Position numbers and translations under genes: made by a program
Shown: positions 25,172-34,480 of the stretch, piece after piece
Position numbering within the stretch: the stretch's first letter is position 1
How the letters are laid out: each line of letters starts with the position of its first letter
Notes under the pieces: generated by a model
What the model saw: the letters and a program-made list of their open reading frames with translations, nothing else
Databases searched by the model: none
Told to the model about the DNA's origin: nothing
NCBI GenBank assembly: GCA_030613615.1
Contig: JAUWLR010000002.1
Span: 1-55,634, forward strand
DNA length: 55,634 nt
Direction: 5' to 3'
Source: Candidatus Eiseniibacteriota bacterium
GTDB lineage: Bacteria > Joyebacterota > Joyebacteria > Joyebacterales > Joyebacteraceae

Positions 25172-26550
25172 CAACGCACCCTCAACGGAACGCCCAGGTC
25201 GCCCGCGACCAGGCGCGCGGCCTCGATATCGATCTCGGGCACATCGACAACACTGACGCTCACATCAAGGCCGGCCTTCACGCTCTCACCCACAAAGGCC
25301 AGCACGTGCTCGTAGGCCTTGACCCCGAACCGCGAGCCGCAGATGCGCTCGTAGGTCTCGGCGTCCTGGGCATTCAGGCTGACGGACACAGCGTCGACGA
25401 CGTTCGCCAACTCGGGCACGATATTTCTGTTCCAGAGGAGACTGCCCTGACCGTTCGTGTCCAGGCGAACGCGCGCGCCCTGCGCCTTCAGCCTTCGTCC
25501 CACCTCCAGAATGACGTCGAGCCTCATCGTGGGCTCGCCGTACCCGCAAAACACTATCTCCCGATACCGCCCGGGGTCGTCGATGGCCGCCATCACCTCA
25601 TCGGCGGTTGGCTCGGTCCTGAGTCTCAGATTATAGCCCCACAGCGTGTCGGTCTGGTTCCGTATGCAGAAGCAGCAGCTGTGCGTGCATTGGTTGGTGA
25701 TATTGAGATACAGATTGCCCCACATCTCGTAGGCGATCGACGGCTCTGCCACGGTCGGGAAGCCGAAGAGTCGGGTGCTGTTCCCGGTCGTCGCGCGCGC
25801 AAGATCCTCGACCGACATGCCACGGATCTCGGCTACCCGCTCGGCCACCAGCGCGACGTAGGAAGACTCGTTGCGTCCGCCGCGGTGGGGCTCGGGTGTG
25901 AGCCACGGCGCGTCTGTCTCGAGAAGGAGTCGATTGAGTGGGACCGCCGCCGCGACCTGGGCCAGGCGGCCTCTCGCGGAGTACGTGACCGGCCCTCCGA
26001 TTCCGATGTGGAAGCCGCGTTCCACGACGCGCTCCGCGTATGCGGCGTCGCCGGGGAAGCAGTGCATCACCCCGCCTATCTCGCTCGCGCCCTCGTCGTC
26101 GATGATGGCTAGACAATCGTCGAGCGCGTCCCTGTTGTGAATGATCAGTGGGAGATTGAGCTCGCGAGCAAGTCCTATCTGCCTGCGAAACGCCCGCTTC
26201 TGGTCGTCTCTCGGGGAGAGGTCACGGTAGTAGTCCAGCCCGGTCTCACCGATGGCGATGACCGTCGGGTGCGATGCAAGTTTCGACAGGTGCGCCAGGA
26301 GGTCGTCGGTAAGGGTAGACGCGCTGTGAGGGTGGAGCCCCACCGACGCCCGTATGAACTCGTGCTCCTCCGCGAGTTCGATGGACGCGCGGCTGGTCGC
26401 AAGGTCGAAGCCCACGTTGACCATGAACCCGACGCCGGCGCCCAGGGCCCGGGCGATGACTTCCGGCCTGTCCTTGCGGTAGGCCTTGAGATTAAGGTGG
26501 ACGTGCGTGTCCGTGAGGAGCGGAGACTTCGGCTCGCTGTCGGCACCCAT
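25171..26550 (-). CDS. TatD-family metal-dependent hydrolase fused to a small radical SAM domain
   Basis: N-terminal TatD blocks: LTDTHVHLN, IGETGLDYY, PLIIHNRDA, GVMHCF and LLLETDAPWL. The C-terminal ~190 aa carry CTHSCCFC (CxxxCxxC, encoded at 25666-25689) and a GYGEPT SAM-binding block. ATG at 26550 with GGAG upstream; the tracked ORF starts at GTG 26568. Confidence 0.75.
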   Translation of the reverse strand: MGADSEPKSPLLTDTHVHLNLKAYRKDRPEVIARALGAGVGFMVNVGFDLATSRASIELAEEHEFIRASVGLHPHSASTLTDDLLAHLSKLASHPTVIAIGETGLDYYRDLSPRDDQKRAFRRQIGLARELNLPLIIHNRDALDDCLAIIDDEGASEIGGVMHCFPGDAAYAERVVERGFHIGIGGPVTYSARGRLAQVAAAVPLNRLLLETDAPWLTPEPHRGGRNESSYVALVAERVAEIRGMSVEDLARATTGNSTRLFGFPTVAEPSIAYEMWGNLYLNITNQCTHSCCFCIRNQTDTLWGYNLRLRTEPTADEVMAAIDDPGRYREIVFCGYGEPTMRLDVILEVGRRLKAQGARVRLDTNGQGSLLWNRNIVPELANVVDAVSVSLNAQDAETYERICGSRFGVKAYEHVLAFVGESVKAGLDVSVSVVDVPEIDIEAARLVAGDLGVPLRVR

Positions 26551-26567
26551 ACGCTCGCTCCGCGGCA

Positions 26568-28562
26568 CTAGCTCACCCTGGTTCCCGGGGACAGTTCCTT
26601 GTCCGGACCGACAAGAGAAATGCCACCGTCCCCAACGGCCGCGAGCAGCATGGCCCGGGACTCGATGCCGCGTATCTTGGCGGGTTCGAGGTTCGCCACA
26701 ACGACGACCGTTTTGCCGACCAGTTCCTCCGCGGTGTAGCCTTCCGCAATCCCGGCGACCATCTGCCGCTGGTCCCCGTCACCGAGGTCAACGGTCATGC
26801 GGATAAGCTTGGTCGTTCCTTCCACCTTCGCGGCGTCCGTTATGCGCGCCAGTCGGAGGTCCAGTTCCTTGAATCGATCAAAGGACAGCATTCTCTGGTC
26901 GCCCTCCTCCTCGGTAGCTTCTGTCTCCGCTGTGTCTGTCTTTGGGGTGCTTGTCGTGACGGTTCCCGTCCCGGGAGCTTGCGCGTCTCCGGGCGATTCA
27001 CCGCCGGCCGTGATGTCGAACTTCTGCGCCAGTTCCTCATCGGAGTATTTCGGGAAGACCGCCGCGGGTTTGCTTATCTCGATCCTGCCCGGCCAGCCGG
27101 TGCCCCAGCGCAGGAGGTCCGTGAGCGACGCCTCCCCGGGGCTGAGGGTGAGTCCGAGCGACTCCAGTATCTCCTCGCTCTTACCCGGCATGACGGGCCA
27201 CGCGAGCACCGCGCCCTGTCGTATCGCCTCGAGCACGGAACCGAGAACACCCGGGACGCGCTCTGGGTCCTTCTTGGCCAGAACCCATGGTTTCTCTTCC
27301 TCTATGAATGCGTTCGCTCTTCTGACCAGCTGCCAGATGGCCGCGAGCGCCGTCTGGGGCGCGTAGCCATGCATCGCCTCGATGACCGCCCCGCGTGTCG
27401 TCTCGGCCAGCGTCACGAGTCCGCCGGCCGCCGCGGCATCTCGGACGGCCGCACCCTCGATCGTCCCGCCGAGGAACTTCCCCACCATGGCCGTCGCCCT
27501 GGACACGAGGTTTCCGAGGTCGTTCGCCAGCTCGGAGTCGTAGCGCGTGCGGAAGTGTTCCCACGTGAAGTCGATGTCGCGCCCGTAGGTGCCCTCTCGC
27601 ATGAGGAAGTACCTGAGAGCTGAAGGGCCGAAGACGTCCGCCGCCTCCAGCGGGTCCACGACTACCCCGCGGCTCTTGGACAGCTTCTGCCCCTTGAAGT
27701 AGACGAAGCCGTGTCCGTAGATGGTCTTCGGGAGCGGGATACCCGCGCTCATCAGCATCGCCGGCCAGATGACGCAGTGGAAGCGCGTGACGTCCTTCCC
27801 GATCACGTGCACGTCGGCCGGCCACCATTTCTCGAATCTTGCATCGTCGGTGCCAAAGCCGACGCCGGTCGCGTAGTTCGTGAGCGCATCGACCCAGACG
27901 TATATGACCTGAGACTCGTCCATGGGAAACGGCGTGCCCCAGTCCGTGCCGGCGCGCGTGACGCTGATATCCTCAAGCCCGCCCTTTATGAACTGGACGA
28001 TCTCGTTCTTCCGTGACTCCGGCTGGATGAACTCCGGGTTCCGCTCGATGTGCTCGAGAAGCCCGTCGGCATAGCTCGAGAGACGGAAGAAATAGTTCTC
28101 CTCTTTGATCCACTCAGGCCTGGTCCCGTGCGTCGGGCAGTTGCCGTCAACGAGGTCCTTCTCCTGAAGGAACGCCTCGCAGGACTCGCAGTAGTACCCC
28201 TCGTAGTGCCCCTGGTAGATGTCGTCTTTGATGGCCTCGAAGAGCTTCCTCAGGCCCACAACGTGGTCGTGCTCGGTCGTCCGGATGAACCGGTCGAACT
28301 TGATCTCGAGCTTCTCCCACACCTGCCGGAACACGATTTCCATCTCGTCGCAGTACGCGAGCGGGGTGACACCCTTCGCCTTCGCTGAGCGCACCACGTT
28401 CAGGCTGTGCTCGTCCGAGCCCATCTGGAAGTAAACCTCGTCCCCCAGGAGTCTCCGGAAGCGGGCGAACACGTCAGCCGAGATTTTCTCGTACGCCGTC
28501 CCTATATGGGGTGGGCTGTTGACGTAGTCTATGGCCGTGGTGATGTAGTACTTACCCGGCAT
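26568..28562 (-). CDS. metG: Methionine--tRNA ligase with C-terminal tRNA-binding (EMAP/Trbp111-like) domain
   Basis: HIGH-type motif PPHIGTAY and KMSKS-type motif KLSKSRG. The C-terminal block LDLRLARITDAAKVEGTTKLIRMTVDLG...VVVVANLEPAKIRG is typical of the OB-fold tRNA-binding domain. Confidence 0.9.
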   Translation of the reverse strand: MPGKYYITTAIDYVNSPPHIGTAYEKISADVFARFRRLLGDEVYFQMGSDEHSLNVVRSAKAKGVTPLAYCDEMEIVFRQVWEKLEIKFDRFIRTTEHDHVVGLRKLFEAIKDDIYQGHYEGYYCESCEAFLQEKDLVDGNCPTHGTRPEWIKEENYFFRLSSYADGLLEHIERNPEFIQPESRKNEIVQFIKGGLEDISVTRAGTDWGTPFPMDESQVIYVWVDALTNYATGVGFGTDDARFEKWWPADVHVIGKDVTRFHCVIWPAMLMSAGIPLPKTIYGHGFVYFKGQKLSKSRGVVVDPLEAADVFGPSALRYFLMREGTYGRDIDFTWEHFRTRYDSELANDLGNLVSRATAMVGKFLGGTIEGAAVRDAAAAGGLVTLAETTRGAVIEAMHGYAPQTALAAIWQLVRRANAFIEEEKPWVLAKKDPERVPGVLGSVLEAIRQGAVLAWPVMPGKSEEILESLGLTLSPGEASLTDLLRWGTGWPGRIEISKPAAVFPKYSDEELAQKFDITAGGESPGDAQAPGTGTVTTSTPKTDTAETEATEEEGDQRMLSFDRFKELDLRLARITDAAKVEGTTKLIRMTVDLGDGDQRQMVAGIAEGYTAEELVGKTVVVVANLEPAKIRGIESRAMLLAAVGDGGISLVGPDKELSPGTRVS

Positions 28563-29529
28563 TCTTTCCCTCTTTGTCCTCGCGCTTCTGCGGCTCGCCC
28601 CGCTCTTCGGGCTTCGTCTCGCCGCCCCCTCCCTCGATGTCTCTCCAGTAATCGTCCAGCGCCGACCGCGCCTCGTCGTTGCCGACGTCGGTGATGCGCC
28701 CCTTCTTGAAGTCCTCGATCGCCACGACCGTGGTCGCCCCTTCTTTGTCGGAGAGGGTCACGCGGCCGTGGAAAATGTCGACCGCGACGACCTTGCCCTT
28801 ACCCCTGCCCTCACCCATCTCGATCCTGGTCCCTATCTTGGGGTACTCTCTGTTCGCTTCCTTATAGAAGTCCCTCTCGTACCTGAGACAGCACATCAGC
28901 CTGCCACATCCGCCCGAGATCTTCGGAGACCCCGGCGCCAGATGCTGTTCCTTCACCATCTTGAGCGTCACGGGATCGAAGTCGTTGATGACGCCCCGGC
29001 AACAGTAGTAGCGCCCGCAGCGGCCATACCCGCCGAGCCTGCGGGCCTCGTCGCGGACGCCGATCTGACGCATCTCAATCCGCGCCTTGAAGATGCTCGC
29101 AAGATCGCGTACGAGTTTTCTGAAGTCGACGCGCCGGTCTGACGTGAAGTAGAAGCGGATCTTGTTCGAATCGAATTGCCACTCGACGTCGACCAGCTTC
29201 ATCGGCAACCCCTGCTTCGCGATGCAATGCTGACAGGTTCTGTGCGCCTCGGTTTCCTTCTCCCGCAGGGACAGCATTGTCGCGACGTCTTTGCTCGTTG
29301 CGCGGCGCAGGATGGGTCCCTGAATCCCCTTCGACCTGAGCTTCTTGCTCACCTCGCTGCCTTCGCGAATCACCTTCCCGATATCGTGGCCGCGCTCGAC
29401 GTCAACCACGGCGAAGTCGCCGATCCGGAAGGGTATGTTCCTCGGGTTCGCGAAGAGCGCCTTCCTGCCCCCCTTGAACTCCATCTCGAAGGAGTCGGGC
29501 GTCGTGCCCAGTAGCCCCTCAGGCTGCAT
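28552..29529 (-). CDS. PSP1 domain protein (YaaT/RicT-like)
   Basis: FRIGDFAVVDVERGHDIGKV, IRFYFTSDRRVDFRKLVRDLASIFKARIEMRQIGVRDEA and CGRLMCCLRYE are characteristic PSP1 blocks. It sits directly downstream of holB, as in many bacteria. Confidence 0.8.
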   Translation of the reverse strand: MQPEGLLGTTPDSFEMEFKGGRKALFANPRNIPFRIGDFAVVDVERGHDIGKVIREGSEVSKKLRSKGIQGPILRRATSKDVATMLSLREKETEAHRTCQHCIAKQGLPMKLVDVEWQFDSNKIRFYFTSDRRVDFRKLVRDLASIFKARIEMRQIGVRDEARRLGGYGRCGRYYCCRGVINDFDPVTLKMVKEQHLAPGSPKISGGCGRLMCCLRYERDFYKEANREYPKIGTRIEMGEGRGKGKVVAVDIFHGRVTLSDKEGATTVVAIEDFKKGRITDVGNDEARSALDDYWRDIEGGGGETKPEERGEPQKREDKEGKNAG

Positions 29530-30649
29530 GGTTGATACCTCTCTTCGTTGCCGTCTCCTTGCGCGCGACCGCCATGTCCAGGAGGACAGATGTGAAAACG
29601 ATAGTGGGGTTCGAGTATCGTTCGATCGCCCGTCGCGCGTCGTTTACCTTGTCAATCAGACGTCCCAGCGTCTCGACGTCCATCGCGTCGGCAGTATCTG
29701 TCAGCTCTGCCAGGTGCCCCGAGTAGAGCAGGTGAGGCGTGGCCGCCTCCTTACCTCTCTCCGAGAGCTTCAGGACGTCGCGATACCACAGCAGCATCAG
29801 GTCCAGGAGCCGCTGCTGTTCCGTGCGGCCCAGTCGAAAGGCCAGCCCCGTCGCTTCATTGACGAGAGACGCGACGTCCTTGGTTCGCCTCCCCACCATC
29901 AGATCGGCGACGCGCTTGAGGTCGACCATCGGGCCCTGCTTGTCTGTTCTGACCGCTACGCCGACGCTGCCCTGGGCAAGCAAGGAGGCAGCCCTCGCGC
30001 GCGCCTCGTCGAACCCGAGCCGCGGGTCCGCGAGCAGCACTTCCTCGACCACGTCTCTCCCGAGGCTCGCGAACGGTATCTTCTGACAGCGCGAAACGAC
30101 GGTCACGGGCAGCGCGTTCGGCCTCGAGGTCGTCAGGATGATGACTGTTCTGTCAGGAGGTTCCTCCAGCGTCTTGAGCAACGTGTTGGCGGCCTCCGTC
30201 GTCATCATGTCCGCGTCGGCCAGCACGAACACTTTCCAGGGACCAAGGTAGGGCCGCTGGTTGGATTTCGCCACTACCTCCGAAAGGACCGTCTCCACCG
30301 AGATAATCGCGGTCTTCCGCCCGAAATCCTGCTCGCGGTAGCCGTCCCTCGCGTACCCCACGAGGAGTTCACGTCTCTCGGCGGGCTTGAGCGTCCCGGG
30401 AACCGGGAAAATGAGGTGGATGTCCGGGTGCGAAAGCCCCTCGGCCATCCTACAGCTCGCGCACGTGCCGCAACCAGAGAGCCCTTCCTCCTCGCAGTTC
30501 AGCGCCTTCGCGAACGCGAGGGCGGTGGTCTCTTTCCCGACGCCATCCGGGCCCTGGAAGAGATACGCGTGCGAAAGTCTCTCCGACTCAAAGGCGGCCC
30601 TGAGCAGGCCGATGGCCTTGTCCTGCCCTTTGATCCGCGCCAGGCTCAT
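29519..30649 (-). CDS. holB: DNA polymerase III subunit delta'
   Basis: ATG at 30649 with GGAGGAAC upstream. HAYLFQGPDGVGKETTALAFAKALNC, zinc module CGTCASC, and sensor block VVSRCQKIPF. Confidence 0.8.
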   Translation of the reverse strand: MSLARIKGQDKAIGLLRAAFESERLSHAYLFQGPDGVGKETTALAFAKALNCEEEGLSGCGTCASCRMAEGLSHPDIHLIFPVPGTLKPAERRELLVGYARDGYREQDFGRKTAIISVETVLSEVVAKSNQRPYLGPWKVFVLADADMMTTEAANTLLKTLEEPPDRTVIILTTSRPNALPVTVVSRCQKIPFASLGRDVVEEVLLADPRLGFDEARARAASLLAQGSVGVAVRTDKQGPMVDLKRVADLMVGRRTKDVASLVNEATGLAFRLGRTEQQRLLDLMLLWYRDVLKLSERGKEAATPHLLYSGHLAELTDTADAMDVETLGRLIDKVNDARRAIERYSNPTIVFTSVLLDMAVARKETATKRGINHAA

Positions 30650-30791
30650 CGTTCCTCCAGGAATCGCTTCACGGGTGGGCACTCCTGCCCGGTAGTTCCG
30701 CCCCATGGTCCGGATGGACCCTTGGCCCAATTCGCCAAAAGCCCCGGGGGGACGTCATCAACCCGAACTGCCCGCCCGAAGCTAACTTACG

Positions 30792-30821
30792 ATTCTATCT
30801 GGCACTTCGAGCGGCAGTCAA
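30792..30821 (-). promoter_or_regulatory. Internal sigma70-type promoter candidate ahead of holB (TTGACT-18-TAGAAT)
   Basis: On the minus strand, the -35 TTGACT at 30816-30821 overlaps the pdxA TGA stop. The -10 TAGAAT is at 30792-30797, with an 18-nt spacer. Confidence 0.45.
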
Positions 30822-31888
30822 GCCGATTCAGCGAGACGCCCCGCGATGCCTGCCGCCAGGCGCACTGCCGCGATCATACTCCCCGGATCCGCCTCTCCTC
30901 GCCCGGCGATTCCGAAAGCCGTCCCGTGGTCGACAGACGTGCGGACCACCGGGAGACCAAGGGTCAGGTTGACGCATCGTCCGAAACCCCAGAGCTTCGC
31001 CGCGATCGTGCCCTGGTCATGATACATCGCCAGGATCGCGTCGTACAGGGACCCCGGACCGCCGGAATCGCGGTCACCGTGCCCGACGAAGATCGAATCG
31101 GCGGAATAGGGACCCGACGCATCGATGCCGGCGTCCCGCGCTCTTGCTACCGCCGGCGCAATGACGCGCTCCTCCTCGTCACCGAACCTCCCGTCCTCTC
31201 CCGCGTGTGGGTTGAGCCCGGTCACCGCTATTCTCGGCGAGCGGACTCCCAGCCACGACCCGAGGCCGCGCGCGAGTATCTCCAGCTTCCCGGCAACGAG
31301 CTCCGTGGTGAGGGCCGCCGGCACTTCTGCCAGAGGGAGATGCGTCGTGGTGAGAGCCACGCGGCGTTTCCCTTGTACGAAGGTCATGACGAATCCAGCC
31401 GCGCCCGTGAGAGCTGCCAGGAACTCCGTGTGCCCCGGGAAAGCGACGCCGGTGGCGGCAATCGCCGCCTTGGAGACCGGTGCCGTCACCATGGCGTCCG
31501 CACCGCCCGACATACAGAGACGAGCGGCCGCTTCGATCGACGCGAGAGCAGCGCGGGCCCCGCCGTCCGTCGGGCGTCCGGCGTCCACTGCGCCCGCCGA
31601 GACGCCGACATCCAGAACGCTGGCAGGAAGAGGAACGGACAGCCGGCGCGCCCACTGCTCAAGGACTGCCGGGTCCGCGGCAATCGTCAGGTCGCAGTCG
31701 CGCGAGATCGAGGTATCGGCAAGGACCTTGAGCGCCACCTCAGGCCCGACCCCGGCCGGGTCGCCCATCGTAAGCACAAGCCGGGGCCGGCGGGCCGCGC
31801 TGCCGCCCGCGGCCACATCCGCGCCGCCCGAGCGTGAAACTGAGAGGGCCAGCCGTGGCTGGCCCCTAGGCGTCCGACGCATGTGCAT
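30818..31888 (-). CDS. pdxA: 4-hydroxythreonine-4-phosphate dehydrogenase
   Basis: LTMGDPAGVGPEV, TAPVSKAA, FPGHTEFLA, GLNPHAGE, MYHDQG and RTSVDHGTAFGIAG are typical PdxA blocks. The start is uncertain: ATG at 31888 or 31882, or GTG at 31816. Canonical PdxA would start about 35 aa later than 31888. Confidence 0.85.
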   Translation of the reverse strand: MHMRRTPRGQPRLALSVSRSGGADVAAGGSAARRPRLVLTMGDPAGVGPEVALKVLADTSISRDCDLTIAADPAVLEQWARRLSVPLPASVLDVGVSAGAVDAGRPTDGGARAALASIEAAARLCMSGGADAMVTAPVSKAAIAATGVAFPGHTEFLAALTGAAGFVMTFVQGKRRVALTTTHLPLAEVPAALTTELVAGKLEILARGLGSWLGVRSPRIAVTGLNPHAGEDGRFGDEEERVIAPAVARARDAGIDASGPYSADSIFVGHGDRDSGGPGSLYDAILAMYHDQGTIAAKLWGFGRCVNLTLGLPVVRTSVDHGTAFGIAGRGEADPGSMIAAVRLAAGIAGRLAESA

Positions 31889-32132
31889 CTTCAATGACCT
31901 CGTAAAGGGTGCGCGCCTTCTCCTTGCTCACGTTGCCCCTGGGGAGCTCGAGCACCCTCACCCGGAGAGTCCGGTCCCGAAGACTGACGGTGAGCTCGTC
32001 GCCCACCTTGATCACCGTTCCCGCCTTGGCCTTCCTGCCGAGTATCGAGACGCGCCCGGCATCACAGGCCCACTTCGCCACGCTGCGTTGCTTGATCAGC
32101 CTGGACGATTTCAGGAACTGGTCGAGTCTCAC
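31866..32132 (-). CDS. S4 domain RNA-binding protein (Hsp15-like)
   Basis: MRLDQFLKSSRLIKQRSVAKWACDAGRVSILGRKAKAGTVIKVGDEL is a typical S4 fold signature. 88 aa. The GTG start overlaps the surA stop (GTGA). Confidence 0.7.
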   Translation of the reverse strand: MRLDQFLKSSRLIKQRSVAKWACDAGRVSILGRKAKAGTVIKVGDELTVSLRDRTLRVRVLELPRGNVSKEKARTLYEVIEDAHASDA

Positions 32133-33487
32133 TCCTCCGGTACCATAGCTGTCCGGATGTCGATGAATATCTCCCGGGAGAGCCGGTCGATTAACTCTCC
32201 ATACGCCTTCTCGGCCTTGCGCGCGAAGAGGTAGTCCTTGAGATTCTCGCGCACCTCGTCCAGCGTTGCTATCCGGGCCTCCTGGTGCTCCAGAAGCTTG
32301 AGCACGTAGAAGCCCGCCTCTCCGGCCGTGACGTCAGACACCTCGCCCGGAGAGAGCTCTGTTACGACGTCCTTGAAGGATGGAGCGAGGTTCTCGTGCG
32401 TGAACCACCCGAGAACACCGCCTTCCTCGCGGGTTCCCGGGTCATCGGAACGCAACCTGGCAAGCTCGGCGAAGTCCTCTCCGTCGACCACGCGCTGCCT
32501 CAGGCTCTCCGCGGTGGCTCTCGCCCTGACCTCATCCTCCGGTCCCGGCACGACTCTCGCCAGAATGTGGCGAACGTGCACGCTCGTGTCGCTTCTACTG
32601 AGGATCTCCACGATATGGAAACCGAACCGTGTCGGGACTATCCCACTCACCTCGCCCTCTTCCATCGCAAACACGGCATCGTCGAACTCTGGCACCATCA
32701 CGCCCCGGTCAAACGTCCCCAGGTCACCTCCGGCCGCAGCACTGGCGTCGTCGGAGTATTCCCGTGCGAGTTCATCGAACGGCTCACCCGCCGCGAGTCG
32801 CTCTGACACCTCCGTCATGCGGTCGATGGCAGCCTGTTTGGCATCCTCGGTGTTCTTCGGCATCAGCATTATTCCGGCAACCAGAAATGCCTCCGCGGTC
32901 TGCCCGACCTCCTCGGCGTGCTCGGCGTAGTATTCCTCAACCTCGCCCCAAGTGACATCTATGCTCCCGTGCACCTTGCTGCGCACGACCTTCTCGGCGA
33001 GAAGCCGCCTTTCGATCTCGTCAGCGTAGAGGTTTCTGAGCTCGGGCAGCGTCAGCCCTTCCTCCGCCAGGGCGGCGTCGAGGGCCTCCGCCGAGCCGTG
33101 CCGCTCCACGAGCTCGGCCACGCGGGATTCCATCTCTTCCTCGAGTTCACGCGGGTCGAGTCGCAGCGTATCCCTGTGCGCCATGGCCACGAGCAGCATC
33201 TCGTTGACCATCTCGCGCACTATCCCCGATCTGACGCGAGCGATGTCGTCTGGGGACAGCCCTGACGTTCCCGAGCGCATCTGGTAGATGTAGAACTCCT
33301 CGTCGACTTCGCTCTCGAGGATGATCTCATCTCCCACGACAGCGGCTATGCCGTCGACTAGTTGTCTCGTCGTCCCGCTCTCCGCAGGCCCGGTTTCGTC
33401 CTGTGCGAACACCGGGGAGACGAGCGTGGCGAGCAGGAGTGTCACCACAACGGCGGCCAGAGCTTCTGCCTTCCCTGTCAAAGCCAT
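32129..33487 (-). CDS. surA: SurA-like periplasmic chaperone with two parvulin PPIase domains
   Basis: Signal peptide followed by a SurA N-domain-like start (IAAVVGDEIILESEVDEE). Two parvulin blocks: GGDLGTFDRGVMVPEFDDAVF...FGFHIVEIL and GGVLGWFTHENLAPSF...AGFYVLKLL. Confidence 0.75.
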   Translation of the reverse strand: MALTGKAEALAAVVVTLLLATLVSPVFAQDETGPAESGTTRQLVDGIAAVVGDEIILESEVDEEFYIYQMRSGTSGLSPDDIARVRSGIVREMVNEMLLVAMAHRDTLRLDPRELEEEMESRVAELVERHGSAEALDAALAEEGLTLPELRNLYADEIERRLLAEKVVRSKVHGSIDVTWGEVEEYYAEHAEEVGQTAEAFLVAGIMLMPKNTEDAKQAAIDRMTEVSERLAAGEPFDELAREYSDDASAAAGGDLGTFDRGVMVPEFDDAVFAMEEGEVSGIVPTRFGFHIVEILSRSDTSVHVRHILARVVPGPEDEVRARATAESLRQRVVDGEDFAELARLRSDDPGTREEGGVLGWFTHENLAPSFKDVVTELSPGEVSDVTAGEAGFYVLKLLEHQEARIATLDEVRENLKDYLFARKAEKAYGELIDRLSREIFIDIRTAMVPEE

Positions 33488-33512
33488 CTCTCGTCTCCGT
33501 CTCTTTTTTCTC

Positions 33513-34409
33513 TTAGGGGATTACGACGCCGGTCGTCTCGCTCGGTGCCTCTTCGTGGGTGTCGCTACCGCTTCTTATTCGTGCGCGCGCCTCTTCGCGA
33601 AGAAGCGTCGTGTCGATGATCACGGTCGCACGCGCTTCCAACTCGACGAGCCAGTCGTCGAACGCCGTGCGCCGCCGCCGCGAGGTGAGGAAACTCATCA
33701 CCGCGGACTGCTTCGAGTCGAACGACGGCTGACCCGCTCCGGGGTGGCGGTCGAGCACCTTGATGATGTGGTACCCGTAGCTGCTCGCTATGACGTCTCC
33801 AACCTCCCCGACCTTCAGCTCGAACGCTGCCTCCTCAAGCTCGTGGACCATCTCGCCGCGCGTCATGTAGCCAAGGTCTCCGCCCTGTGCCGCCGTCTGG
33901 TCTATCGACACACTGGATGCGACGTTCTCGAAGGGCGTGCCGGCACGGATCTCCGCGAGCACACGTTCGGCCTCCGGTCTGCTCCGCACGAGAATATGCG
34001 CCAGGCGCACTTGGATCGAGTAGGTGGACCTGTGCTCCTGGAAGTACTCCCTCGCCTCTTCGTCGGTCACCTCCGGGACGTCCTCCACGAAGCCGCGGAT
34101 ACACTCCTCCGCGACCAGCTCGCGCTCGATCTTTCTGAGTCTGCGACGCAGGCCCGTATCGTCACCAAGACCGCGACGGAGCCCCTCTCCGTAGAAGAGC
34201 TCCGTCTTGGCCCATGTCTTCAACGCCTCTTCCTGGTCGTCGAGGCTCATTACCGCGAGCAGCTGCTCCGGGACCGACGCGTAGAACTCGTCGGCAGTCA
34301 GGACCGAGTCGTCGACCCTGGCTATCGCCTCGGACGTGTCATCACGGCCACAGCCGACCGCAACGCCCGCGGCGACACACAGCACTGCGAAGAGAGCGCC
34401 TCGTCTCAC
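33513..34409 (-). CDS. Parvulin-type peptidylprolyl isomerase lipoprotein (PrsA/PpiC-like)
   Basis: GTG start with GAGGTG upstream. Lipobox AAGVAVGC. Parvulin block VRLAHILV...GGDLGYMTRGEMVHELEEAAF...SSYGYHIIKVL. Confidence 0.7.
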   Translation of the reverse strand: MRRGALFAVLCVAAGVAVGCGRDDTSEAIARVDDSVLTADEFYASVPEQLLAVMSLDDQEEALKTWAKTELFYGEGLRRGLGDDTGLRRRLRKIERELVAEECIRGFVEDVPEVTDEEAREYFQEHRSTYSIQVRLAHILVRSRPEAERVLAEIRAGTPFENVASSVSIDQTAAQGGDLGYMTRGEMVHELEEAAFELKVGEVGDVIASSYGYHIIKVLDRHPGAGQPSFDSKQSAVMSFLTSRRRRTAFDDWLVELEARATVIIDTTLLREEARARIRSGSDTHEEAPSETTGVVIP

Positions 34410-34480
34410 CTGACACCTCGACCCATGAATCCCAGGGGCGGACCGTCGAGCCCCTGGGGCAGCCAGCCTCGGGGACCCGC

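Noticed and set aside
29345-31837. 830-aa plus-strand ORF spanning the PSP1, holB and pdxA region
   Set aside because: It is antisense to three genes with strong family motifs. Its translation is Arg/Pro/Gly-rich with no recognisable domain, SD or sensible start context. It is a typical stop-poor mirror frame in GC-rich DNA.
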